Assembly (NCBI RefSeq): GCF_006345805.1
Contig: NC_043006.1
Span: forward strand, 46,190,001 to 46,254,000
Length of the DNA stretch: 64,000 nt
Direction: 5' to 3'
Source of the DNA: Octopus sinensis
Lineage: Eukaryota
Below are positions 38,095 to 51,640 of this stretch, one piece after another. A program made the position numbers and the translations under genes. The notes below the pieces were generated by a model. The model did no database searches. It saw nothing but the letters and a program-made list of their open reading frames with translations, and had not been told where the DNA came from. The stretch's first letter is position 1, and the number at the start of each line of letters is the position of its first letter.

Positions 38095-38434
38095 TATTGT
38101 GATACCATTATCGCATCAGATTTAATCATTCGATCTCCTCCGGCTCTTTACCTTCTGAATTCAAACTCCGCCAAGGTTAAATTTTCCTTTCATCCTTTCG
38201 AGGTTGATAAAATGAAGAAGCATTTATTAACTGGTGTTAATGATATCATCTAATTCGGTTATCTAAAATTGCTGCCTTCGTGCATAAACCAGGAAACACT
38301 TCATGCTGTTGTTGTTCAAATCCCACAAATGTCAACGTTTTGTTTCATCTGTTCGGGGTCGATAAAATAAGTACCAGTTATTATACAGCCAGATGTAAGA
38401 CTAAGCTGCTTAGCTTATATGGTATTCATCACTG

Positions 38435-38665
38435 GGCGGCGAGATAGCAGAATCGTTAGCACGTCGGGCGAAATGCTTAGCGGTATTTCGGCTGCCGTTA
38501 CGTTGTGAGTTCAAATTCCGCCGAGGTCGACTTTGCCTTTCATCCTTTCGGGGTCGATAAATTAAGTACCAGTTACGCACTGGGGTCAATGTAATCGACT
38601 TAATCCCTTTGTCTGTCCTTGTTTGTCCTCTCTGTGTTTAGCCCTTTGTGGGTAATAAAGAAATA
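38435..38665 (+). mobile_element. SINE family B monomer with 15-bp TSD
   Basis: GGTATTCATCACTGG at 38421-38435 and 38666-38680. Confidence 0.92.
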
Positions 38666-39124
38666 GGTATTCATCACTGGAAGAAAGACTAGATTCCATC
38701 TTTATGCCATGGGTACGGTTTTAAGAAAATGGAAACGAAGCGATACAAGATAATCGGTCACTGTAGAATACAATTCCTTTTTCTGTAGTGTTCAAACAAA
38801 TTATTCAATGAAATAAAATAGGATTTACAAGTGTTTCAGATTCTTATAAATGGGTTATATAGATATATCTTAAAGTACATCAATGTGTGTGTATGTATCT
38901 GTGTGCGTGTATATATATGTATATGGCTGTATTTGGTATGTTTATACATATAACGAAATTTTTCTACTATTATTTTCATATTCTTATTACTTGCTCTGGC
39001 TGAAACTTATGAATATGATGAATCTTTATTAGAAATCATTTATTCTCTCTTTTTGGATCTCTCAAAAAGATTGAATTGTTCTTTTTGAAATTATCTTTTC
39101 TCACATATGTCTGTATACATGCAT

Positions 39125-39161
<37 letters not shown>

Positions 39162-39164
39162 ATA

Positions 39165-39200
<36 letters not shown>

Positions 39201-39237
39201 TGTAGTATGTATGTATGTATGTATGTATGTATGTATG

Positions 39238-39686
<449 letters not shown>

Positions 39687-39744
39687 ATTTAAACAGTATA
39701 TATATATATTTGTGTATGCAAGTCTCCTGCCTATTAATTACACT

Positions 39745-39879
39745 GGACTTTCCTTTCTGTGGAAGAGCGTAGGCTCGAAACTTTAAAGACTTTTTCACTT
39801 TCCGAGCGTTATACTAATACATCTGTTTGTTGTCTATATCACCTATCTTCGTCTTTTGTTTTTCTTTTGTGAATTCTCC

Positions 39880-39880
<1 letters not shown>
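39745..39880 (+). mobile_element. Penelope-like terminal fragment with A6U hammerhead-like motif; related copies at 45940-46090 (+), 50865-51030 (+), 51280-51370 (-)
   Basis: Shared CTTT-CTGT(T/G)GA-A-GAGC-gtag-GCTC-GAAA-CGT-H-AAAG followed by ...GAGCGT..A.TAATAC. Confidence 0.65.
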
Positions 39881-39910
<30 letters not shown>

Positions 39911-40629
39911 ATACGTATATATATAATATACACACATGTACACACACACACACACATGTATACAATATATTCATGATGCAATTTCTGGAATCTACTATAT
40001 ATTTAATAATACAGAAGTTCGGTGAGAGTTGTTCCACATGTATTTATATTTTTGTGTATTTATTTCTTGTTTTGTCTTTCTATATCCAATATTTGCATCT
40101 TGATGCAAATATTGTTATTATTATTTATTGAATTATTGCATAATCATGTAAACTAAAATACGAAAATTAAATTTGATACATTTCCTAACACACGAATTTA
40201 TAAAGATCCTTTAAGAATTCAATGCGATCTTTAATATCTTTTAATAATTCATTATGATTTCAAATGTTCAACTGAATGACAGATGAACGACTTCTGGAAA
40301 AAATAATTCTTTTTAATTTCGAATCATTTTGTATCGTTTTGTGCTTCCTTACTTCTAAAAACCAAAACCTAAACTAAACCAAAAAGAAAAGGACTGTTCG
40401 AATATTCTATTTTTAATGAATTCTGTAAAGAAGTACGATATTTAAACTTAGGTCTGGTGATATAATATGTATTTGTATTTATAAGAACCTCGTGATGTAC
40501 TTTTCTACGTTTCATTGTGTATACTACGTATATGCATACGTACACACCTACATAAATACGTACATACATGCACAATTACATAAACATGTCTGTATGTATA
40601 TTTGTGTGTATCTTTGTATGTATGTATGC

Positions 40630-40746
<117 letters not shown>

Positions 40747-40749
40747 ATA

Positions 40750-41700
40750 TGAGGATAAATTGTTGGAGCCTGGATGACTGGAGCTTCACTCACTAAAACT
40801 GCTGAATTCTCTAAAGTTTTGTCAGATAAAATCTCTAAATTTTCAAGTTGGCGTCAAAATTCTTGACTAAAGGTAAAGCTTGGAGAGACAATCAGCAGAA
40901 TAAGGTAACTATTTGTGTTTAAAACCCATCGAAGTACGGTAGCAAAAGTGACATCAGAGATAACCTCCACCTCGCCAACTCTTGTCGTGATTTCCATAAA
41001 GCTGGATACTAAGGGAACCTCTCCTGTCACCCATCAACATTAATACTCGAAAAAAAAATAGACTATCAGAAGAGGTAAATGCCTCAGTGTAATAATGTTA
41101 TCTTCTCTAATGTATCATCATTCACCTTTTCACCCGTTTCGGGAGAAGCTTGTGTTTTAGGCAGCCAAAAGAATACTTCAACTCTGACAGTTTGACCCTC
41201 CTAACATGAAGTATGGAGATGGATGTGTGATGACTTGGAAGCCTTATCAAGAGAGTTCCTTGGCTCTTTAATTGTTCTGCATGGCAGAATTAATTTTTAG
41301 TGGTTTTCTGCTTTGTTGCCTGATAAGAACACAATCTTTTAGGGCGATAATGAGTCGATTTACACGGCTAAAGTTTTTCAAATTTTGGTAAGAGATGCGT
41401 GATCTGGTTGTCCAGGTAGTGACGTTGGCGGGGAATTTATTTCTCCCCTAACGATATAAACAAGAATCCAATATGTACCGGAATCCAACATAAGTGTTTC
41501 TTTGATGGTAACTATCGTAATATTTTGTGACCTACAACAATATACACTTTTAAACGGGGATAAATATTGCCTTTCCTTATTAATATTTCTTCTGTCGCTG
41601 GTAAGAGTTTCAAAATAGACCACTTGGATTGTCTCCCTTGCCTCTATGAATATTTGGATCTAAATATAATCGAGCATTTATAATATTCTATGGAACTGCA
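40750..41700 (+). mobile_element. Tc1-like transposase relic
   Basis: IVGAWMTGASLTKTA, HRSTVAKVTSEI, FHKAGY, RQPKEYFN, KYGDGCVMTW and DLNIIEHL motifs occur in order across frameshifts. Confidence 0.6.
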
Positions 41701-41991
41701 ACCTTCCAGCCGCATCCGCCCATCACCGCCGCTAAAAGAGCTATAGCATATTTCATTTGAAGAATGGCCTAAAATTCCTCTGACAACCGTTCAGAACATG
41801 TATAAGTAAATTCCACGATGTATTAACGCTGTGATGATGTCAAAACTGAACAAACTTCGTATTCAATAACAGAAGTTCCATTTAACAAGGTGTTTCTATT
41901 AATTTGCTCAATCCCTGTATGTATATCCATATACGTAAACATATGTATATGAATATATATGTAGAAATATTCATATACATACATACATACA

Positions 41992-42027
<36 letters not shown>

Positions 42028-42044
42028 TATAAATATATATATAT

Positions 42045-42077
<33 letters not shown>

Positions 42078-42102
42078 TCATATACACACATATATATATG
42101 TA

Positions 42103-42133
<31 letters not shown>

Positions 42134-42754
42134 CTATTTGTATGTATATATATGTATATCATGTTTATGTATATCGTAGCTATTTATCTGCAGACACACA
42201 CTCTCGTGGTTGTTTATGTGCAAACTTAATAGTATTGTACATGTAAGTAGAGAAAAGATACTAAGAAATCATAAAATAATGCTGTTTAGTTAATTAAAGC
42301 AGACAAGTTGAATGTAGGGAACTTTCGGTGTAGACGTGTCAGAGTATAACATCTCTGACACGCAGTCGGAAAAATTATATATATATATCTACAATGTATG
42401 TAAACACATATGGCTTATCATCATTAAATTACACTTGCCGAACAAGTTGAAACGCATACGCATGCGCCCAATCATAAACCCGCTTTCACCCATATATATA
42501 TATACACACATACACACATACACAGACACACTCACAAATATCACACACTGTGGCACGCACATGTATATGATGTTAAATTGTCTGATGTATGCTTTCCTGA
42601 AATTCTTTTCTCCGATAAACATCTCGCTGACACATACTGGATGTCAGATGCAGACACATACACGCACAAACAAAAACACATGGATATGTATATAGGTGCA
42701 CACACACATACACACATATATATATATATGGGTATATAAATATATACATATATA

Positions 42755-42785
<31 letters not shown>

Positions 42786-42921
42786 GTTCGCATTTATGTA
42801 TTTATGTATATATATCTACAACATATATATATGCTATATACATATACCTACATACAAAACGAGAACATATAATTCTATATCTATAATGATTTCTCCGTTT
42901 TCATATATATATATATATATA

Positions 42922-42960
<39 letters not shown>

Positions 42961-43075
42961 GATATATATATGATATATATATATATATGTAAACATATAT
43001 ATATATATACATATATATATATAGTATATGTATATATATATATATGTACATAATATACATATATACATATATATG

Positions 43076-43111
<36 letters not shown>

Positions 43112-43161
43112 GAATAAACATATGTATATATATATATATGTATGTATGCCATGTATGTATG

Positions 43162-43201
<40 letters not shown>

Positions 43202-43220
43202 CGAATCAACACCCGGGACC

Positions 43221-43277
<57 letters not shown>

Positions 43278-43695
43278 GTATATATATATATACGTATATA
43301 TATACGTATATTTTATACGTATATATACACACACACATATACATGTTTGTATGAAACGCTATTTTTCTTCTCGAACTCTTTTGTTATGCTCAGTCTTTAC
43401 ATCCTTCACAACATCATGGATGCTAAATCGGGTTCCCATGTAGGTACTTGTGCTGCTGATTTCCACTTTGGTTTGCGTACAGATTGACACACTATTGATT
43501 TCCGGTATTGCAAATCCTTTGGCTACAACACCCCCAATTCATATATATGCATGTATGCATATATATATATATATATATATACTCATATAAAAATGCTTAT
43601 ATACATATATATATACATACATATATATATATGTGTGTATGTATGTATATATATATATATACATATATATGTATGTATGTGTATATATATATGTA

Positions 43696-44125
43696 AGAGT
43701 GGCTGTGGGAAAAGAAGCTGGCATCCCAAACACATGATCCTGTCTCAGTCCCACTGTGTGGAACCTTGGGCAACTGTCTTCTTCTATAGCCTCGGGCCGA
43801 CCAAAGACTTTTGATTGGATTGGTAGACTGAAACTGAAAGAAGCCCGTCGTATATATCTATATATATATATTATATATATATATATTATATATATATATG
43901 GATATGTATATGTATATGTGTGTATATGTGTGTCTGTGTTTCTTCACGCACCATCACTTGACAAACGATGTTGGTGTGGTTACGTCCCCGTAAATTAGCG
44001 GTTCGGCAAAAAGAGACCGATGCAAAAAGTATTAGGCTTACAAAGAATAAGTCCTAGGGTCTGAGTTGTTCGAATAAAGGCATTGCTCCAGCAGTTCTAT
44101 GTCATATGACTGAAACAAATAATAA
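43696..44125 (+). mobile_element. SINE family A, diverged full-length copy
   Basis: GAGTGGCTGTGGG head to ...TGACTGAAACAAAT tail. Confidence 0.85.
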
Positions 44126-44210
44126 GAAGAACGCACACAACACCCACACACACACACACACCACACACTGACACACAGACACAGACACACACACACACAC
44201 ACACACACAC

Positions 44211-44310
44211 NNNNNNNNNNNNNNNNNNNNNNNNNNNNNNNNNNNNNNNNNNNNNNNNNNNNNNNNNNNNNNNNNNNNNNNNNNNNNNNNNNNNNNNNNN
44301 NNNNNNNNNN
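44211..44310. other. Assembly gap (100 N)
   Basis: Direct reading. Confidence 1.
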
Positions 44311-44319
44311 TATGAATAT

Positions 44320-44722
44320 TACTCTTTACTCTTTACTTGTTTCAGTCATTTGACTGCGGGCCATGCAGATGCACCACTTTAGTCGAGCAAATTGACCCGG
44401 GACTTATTCTTTGTAATCCCAGTACTTATTCTATCGGTCCCTTTTGCCGAACCGCTAAGTTACGGGGATGTAAACACACCAGCATCGGTTGTCAAGCAAT
44501 ACTAGGGGGACAAACACAGACACACAAACACACACACACATATATATATACATATATACGTTAGGCTTCTTTCAGTTTCCGTCTACCAAATCCACTCACA
44601 AGGCATTGGTCGTCCCGGGGCTATAGCAGAAGACACTTGCCCAAGATGCCACGCAGTGGGATTGAATCCGGAACCATGTGGTTGGTTAGCAAGCTACTTA
44701 CCACACAGCCACTCCTGCGCCT
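44320..44722 (-). mobile_element. SINE family A, full length
   Basis: Minus strand AGGCGCAGGAGTGGCTGTGTGG...TAAAGAGTAAAGAGTA. Confidence 0.92.
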
Positions 44723-44757
44723 GTATGTAGTATATATACTTATATATATATTATATA

Positions 44758-44844
<87 letters not shown>

Positions 44845-45580
44845 GATATTATGTATATTTCCATAAGTGTGTGTGAGAGTGTATATATGTGTACGTATAT
44901 ATATATATATGTATATATATATATGAATGTATGTATATATGTATATGCATATACATATTTATATATATATATGTGTGTGTGTGTACATATATGTGTGTAT
45001 GTGTTTGTGCGTGTGTACATAAGTGTGACCTTGTATATATTATTTTTATATATGAATACCAGCAACATGAAAAAAAGAAAAAAAAGCTAGCGTCATGAGC
45101 AGCCATATTACAATACACAATTTCAATAAATTTAGCCATGCAAAACAACTATGCAATACCTTAGTGTAAGACAAGTGTTGGTCGGTGCAGTTGCATTCAC
45201 TGCTGTGCAACTAAGCACCATAATTGAAACAGCTATAAATATTGCACAAGCATAATGTGAATATTTCTTCGTATATAGTTTCCGAAAGTGCTCAGTGAAA
45301 TAGTATGAATGATTTTCGTGTATATAACAGAACTATTTGCAAATCAGTAAAACGTAGGTATATATAAGTACATACGTTATTGACACTTCATCGGTTACAA
45401 TGTAAAGGGTTCTAGTTGGTCTGACCAACAGAAGCACCCTATTCGTGAAATTAACGTGCAAGTAGTTGAGCACCCCACCAAATCGTATATTCTGAACGTA
45501 GTTTTCAGGCAAGTTCTACGTGACACACACAGAATGCGAAAATGCTTGCTCTTCCAAATACTGGTACATTTCATTTCTGC

Positions 45581-45697
45581 CAGCTGAGTTGACCGGAGAA
45601 ATGTAAAATAAAGTGTCTTGCTCAAGGACGCAACACGCCGCTAGGAATTGAATTCATGGCCTTACGACAATGAGCCGAATACTCTAACCGTTTGGTC
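45581..45697 (-). mobile_element. SINE family C fragment
   Basis: Minus strand GGTTAGAGTATTCGGCTCA...GTCCTTGAGCAAGACACTTTA, as in 13853-14168. Confidence 0.65.
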
Positions 45698-45846
45698 ACA
45701 CGTCTTTACTGATGCATAAATGCATACGGACACACATACATACATACATACATACATGCATACATACATACATACATATTATAATTATGAATGTATGTAT
45801 GTATATATACATACATACACACACACACACATATATATATATATGT

Positions 45847-45929
<83 letters not shown>

Positions 45930-46782
45930 TACATATATATTGCGCCATGATAGATCGGTAGCCACTATACACATTTTTTCTCTCCTGATTCTCTCCTTGT
46001 TTTTCTGCGTTCCTTTCTGTGGAAGAGCGTAGTCTCGAAACGTAAAATTTCTTTTCAATTCCCGAGCGTTATTCTAATACATCTGTTGTATTAGAATGCA
46101 CATTACTATTGTGCATTGTCGGACCATTCAAAACGCATAATTTTTTTATACAATACTCTCCTATACATATACAAACACTTTTTGAAACATGAACCTCCTA
46201 TATCCTGATCATAAATTTAGATTTGCACCAATGATTATCGTAGCTCATGTGTATGTTTTTAAATATGTAAGCAGCTTTCTGGAAAAGCTGGGATACTCGA
46301 GCATGGAAAGAAACAAGTTAACAAAAGTTTTAACCACGCAATCTGTACGCGGACGAGTACAGTTATGTGAGACTTTGCAAAAGTTTGGTCGACAATAATT
46401 ATCGTTGTTGCTGTCCACGTTCCAGTGATGGAACTTTTGTTCCTTGCTTGGAAATCAGTATTCCATTCTAAGAAGACTATAAATTAAAAACACGAAAACA
46501 CATTGTATATATTCACATAGATGGATACACGCACATACATGCATAGAATGCATGTTACGATGCAACGATTTGCCTGATTGAAGTAGGTGACTGTTCATTG
46601 GAAACAGGATGAATAGTATCTCCGACTTTGAAGCCACAGCTATAGGCTCTGTTAAATAAATGGTGAATTTTCAAGGATGTTGTTGAATTTCTTCCAGCCA
46701 CTTGAAGGTTTCTTCGAATTTTCACTCAGATAATTTTCAAGAAATGTCGTTCGGATGTAGTTTTCCATGCTTTTTTATTTTA

Positions 46783-47177
46783 GTCTTTTACTTGTTTCAG
46801 TCATTTGACTGCCGCCATGCTGGGGCACCGCCTTTAGTCGAGCAAATCGACCCCAGGACTTATTTTTTTGTAAGCGTAGTACTTACTCTATCGGTCTCTT
46901 TTGCCGAACCGCTAGGTTACTGGGACGTTAACACACAATCATCGCTGGTCAAGCGATGTTGGGGGACAAACACAGACACACAAACCCACGCACACACATA
47001 TATACATGTACATATATACGACGGGCTTCTTTCAGTTTCCGTCTACGAAATCCACTCACAAGATTTTGGTCGGCCCGAGGCTATAGTAGAAGACACTCTT
47101 CCAAGGTGCCACACAGTGGGACTGAACCTGGAACCATGTGGTTGGTAAGCAAGCTACCTACCACAGAACCACTCCTG
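46783..47177 (-). mobile_element. SINE family A, full length
   Basis: Head and tail match the other copies. Confidence 0.92.
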
Positions 47178-47651
47178 CTGATGAAGATAATTGCATTCGT
47201 TTGTTTTTTTTTTTTTTCTAGAAATTAAAAACAAAGAATTTACAAGCCTTTAGAATAATACAATTTTAGTCAGTTTTGTTCATTGCCAGCATATTGTAGA
47301 ACAAAATTGTCTGTTGTTATGGAAATCATAAATGTAAACGAAGACGAAACGTTTACATGGATCTCAACCAGCTAAAAATAGCACCCAGACCTTTCTTCAC
47401 GTAGACTATAACGTCTAAAAACAGAAAGGACAATACATTATATGACGTAATTGGAGTTATTGCTTTTCTAAATTCGTAATTAGAACACCACTATATATTC
47501 CAAGGATTATTAAATATATGTGTGATGTGTAATCGCAAACACATCTTGTGTATTAATAACAAATACGCATTCGCTGTGTTTCTTAAAGACACCCTTTTCA
47601 TTCGATTTGCTGATTTCTATATCAACAGACAGTTCCAACCCACGATATGCT

Positions 47652-47692
47652 CAAACTAAGACCTTGATTGTTACAATCAAGGTCTTAGTTTG
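47652..47692. repeat. Perfect 41-bp palindrome (20-bp arms, 1-nt centre)
   Basis: CAAACTAAGACCTTGATTGT-T-ACAATCAAGGTCTTAGTTTG. Confidence 0.97.
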
Positions 47693-48428
47693 GTTAAAAA
47701 TTACATAATTGTAAATGCTTGTAACCTCTTTATTATTAATTTCCGGAAATTAAGAATTCCATCATCACCATGCATAACTACATCGGAACCATATATTTTG
47801 AAAACAGTCTGATGAAAATTCGATGAACTGTGAGTGGGAGGATGGCATATAACAAGACCCATTTCAGATAACTGAGTTTACATGACTGGGAGAGCATTTT
47901 ATTCAAGACCGGAGTGATTTTTGCCACAGATTTGAATTTTATGTGCATCGAGTCGCTGCAAACAACATGGCTCAACAAGACAAAGTCAGCTACATAGTTA
48001 AAGAACAGAAGTAAAGTAGCCTTCGGAAAGGTAAACAACCGCTGTTTAGGTGGAGTTATAAAAGAAACCATAATTATATTCCACATTGTTTTTTTAGAGT
48101 TATTGCTATAAAAACAAAACGAAATAAAACCCTATCCGTTGAGCATCTGAATAGATTGAAACATACAAGAACGATCAGCGCTCAGAGCTAAATTCTTTCA
48201 CAGCAAAACAATAACGCCAACAAGCAACATTTGTTGAATATAGGAAGAAAGTTAATGAATATAATTTTATCGAATATAATTTTATCGAAAGAAGAAATGA
48301 AATTAATTGCGTTCCTAACAGTGTTCCTTTAGAACGCGACGTGCTTTCACTCTTAGCGACAATTCTACAGTTACCATGCCGCCTGTCTTCCAGTCCACAC
48401 AACAAGTTACAATTACCGCTAATATAAT

Positions 48429-48834
48429 GGCGGCGAACTGGCAGAAACGTTAGCACGCCGGGCGAAATGCGTTGCCGTATTTCGTCTGCCGCTACGTTCT
48501 GAGTTCAAATTCCGCCGAGGTCGACTTTGCCTTTCATCCTTTTGGGGTCGATAAATTAAGTACCAGTTACGCACTGGAGTCGATATAATCGACTTAATCC
48601 GTTTGTCTGTCCTTGTTTGTCCCCTCTGTGTTTAGCCCCTTGTGGGTAGTAAAGAAATAGGTATTTCGTCTGCTGCTACGTTCTGAGTTCAAATTCCGCC
48701 ACGGTCGATTTTGCCTTCCATCCTTTCGGGGTCGATTAAATAAGTACCAGTTACGCACTGGGGTCGATGTAATCGACTTAGTCCCTTTGTCCGTCCCCTC
48801 TATGTTTAGCTCCCCCTGTGGGCTATAAAGAATT
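48429..48834 (+). mobile_element. SINE family B, head plus two tandem ~184-bp units
   Basis: Junction AAAGAAATA|GGTATTTCGTCT at 48651-48671. Confidence 0.92.
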
Positions 48835-49479
48835 AAATATGATAACTAGCTGGTAAAACCCTGATGATCATTGCAGCGGTAATCTGAATATAAACCAGTA
48901 AAATATGTGTTTAGTGAAATATTTCAAGTTAAATTAGTTTTTCGAATATTCCCTCGAATACACATGGGTATATATTAGTGTGGCTGATAATCCGCTACAC
49001 ACTCGCTGCAAGAGGCATCCATCGTTGGCACATCTCTGGAAAACAGTGTAAGATTGGAAAGCCACATCCGTACGGCTTTTAGAGAACAGTCATTGTATGA
49101 ATCTGGAATGACATTGTAACATTTATACATCTTGTCATCTTGTTGCGACACCAGTGATTTATTTATCTCTATTTTTCTATCTTAGTAGCGGCCAAAATTG
49201 TTGTAATTTGCTCCTGGTGATACTAAAGGAAGTAGAAATCTAGATTTAGCAATTCCAACGCTGTTGTTGGACACATTTCTTCTGTTACCGATGTGCGTCT
49301 CTGCTGTGTAGCAACACACGTCTTTACTACAGGCTCTCTTAAGACGAATACCGCAATTTTGTGGATTTCTACAAAAATTCAAGTTAAATAAGATATACAG
49401 AATGGTATTTTGAACTTGTACTGATTCTGGTGTTGCTAATCCAGTAATAAACAAATACATACATACATACATACATACA

Positions 49480-49517
<38 letters not shown>

Positions 49518-49754
49518 TATATAAACGTATATATATGTATTTATATACACACATGCATATACAAATGTATAAATGTATATATATATATATATTATATATG
49601 TATATATACATATATATATGTATATATATATATATGTATATATGTATACATATATACATATATATGTATATATATATATGTATATATATACATATATATA
49701 TGTATATATATATATATGTACTATGTATACATATATACATATATATGTATATAA

Positions 49755-49867
<113 letters not shown>

Positions 49868-49874
49868 ATATATA

Positions 49875-50705
49875 TGCTACCGGCACACAAAGGTAAACGA
49901 CGTACAGACTGGATACATGGCCCAGGAAGAATTGCAATCCCTGAGTCAAAATCAGTACGTGACCTGGGCATTGACATGAACAATGATGCATCTTTCCAAG
50001 TGCATATTACTAATCTGGTGATAAAATGCAGACGGCTAGCTGGATGGATTCTCCGAACTTTCAGAACAAGAGAGAAGGAGACACTGATGGTCCTATGCGA
50101 AACATTTGTCCTCAGTCGCTTGGACTACTGCTCCCAACTATGGTCACCACACAATATAAAATTAAAAGCAGAACTCGAAGCAATTCAGAGAAGCTACACA
50201 AAGAAAATCGTCTCAATGCAAAATATCAGCTACTGGGAAAGACTGAAAGTATTATACCTCTTCTCCCTAGAGCGGAGGTGGGAGAGATATGCGGTGATAT
50301 ACATCTATAAAATCCTGGAGGGTCTTGTCCCAAACTTTGGCATTCAAAGTTACCCCAACCGCAGAACGGGGTGCCACTACATGATGCCAAAGATTCTAAT
50401 ATCACCATCAAAATACAGGTCCAGATACAGCAACAGCTTGGGTTTCAGAGGACCACAGCTCTTTAACATCCTCCCTTACATGATGTGGATGTGGGTTTCT
50501 TTAAAACTAAACTGGATCTCTTCTTGTCGGGAGTCCCAGATGAACTTACCTCACGACAGGGACAGCGAGATGCGGCAGCAGCATCGAACTCCCTTGTTGA
50601 TCAAGTGCCAAGTATCAGAGGTGGATTCACATATAGTGTAGCTCATTCAGCGTGGTGCCCCAGCATGGCCGCGACCTTCGAGCTAAAACATTTTTAAAAG
50701 ATTTA
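49875..50705 (+). mobile_element. CR1-clade LINE 3' fragment (diverged relative of 31014-33389), flanked by (TA)n
   Basis: [43 protein letters not shown]. Tail GGTGCCCCAGCATGGCCGC. Confidence 0.9.
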
Positions 50706-51595
50706 AGGAATTATATATATACATATATACACATGCATTATATATATATATATTATAGATATATATATAGATATATATATATATATATATATACATGCAT
50801 ATATATATATGTATAGATATATATATATACATATACATATACATATACATACATACATATATATACCGCTAAATCCACATTTTTTCCCTCTGTTAATTTT
50901 CTCTTGTTCCTTTCTGTTGAAGGGCGTAGGCTCGAATCGTCAAAGACTTTCTCCCTTTCTCAAGCGTCAAATTAATACACTTGTTGTTCATACATATGTC
51001 TTCCTTTTTTGATTTTCTGTAAATTTCAACTACATACACACACACACACACATACACACACGCACGCATGCATGTAAGAGAATGACACCGAAAAAAACAA
51101 GGGTTATGTAATGAGGTTTATTACCTAACCTTTATTTATTCCGGTATCATATCTTTATTGTTATTACAACTCTATAACCATCTAACATTGTGTTCTGAAG
51201 CATACAAATATTGAGTTCTACATCAGGTTATTAGTTTCGCTATGCCTAAGCCATATATATATATATAGTTGGAATTTACAGCAAACAGATATATTAGTTT
51301 AACACTCGGGAATTGAGAAAGTCTTTTACGTTTCGAGCCCACGCTCTTCAACAGAAAGGAACACAGAAATATATATAATAATATAAATAATATATAAATA
51401 TGTGCATATATACATACATATATGTACATACATACATATATATGTATATATGCATGCATATATGGGAACAGGACAACGAAAAAATCAGAGAAACGAGACA
51501 CGCAACATAAAGAATATTGCCCGTCATCAGTTGTCCCTGTTTCATCTGCTCCGAGTTACGAATGTAAGGACAAAAATATATATATATATATATAT

Positions 51596-51640
<45 letters not shown>

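Noticed and set aside
42335-42362. 10-bp perfect hairpin CGTGTCAGAG/CTCTGACACG
   Set aside because: About one such stem is expected by chance in 64 kb.
49289-49368. Possible 80-nt minus-strand exon (TTTTTGTAG acceptor, GTAACA donor)
   Set aside because: Weak donor, no recognisable peptide and no partner exons. It would need RNA-seq junction reads.
51515-51545. CTGATGA on the minus strand as a hammerhead (also ~51875)
   Set aside because: No stem II followed by GAAA and no NUH site could be folded.
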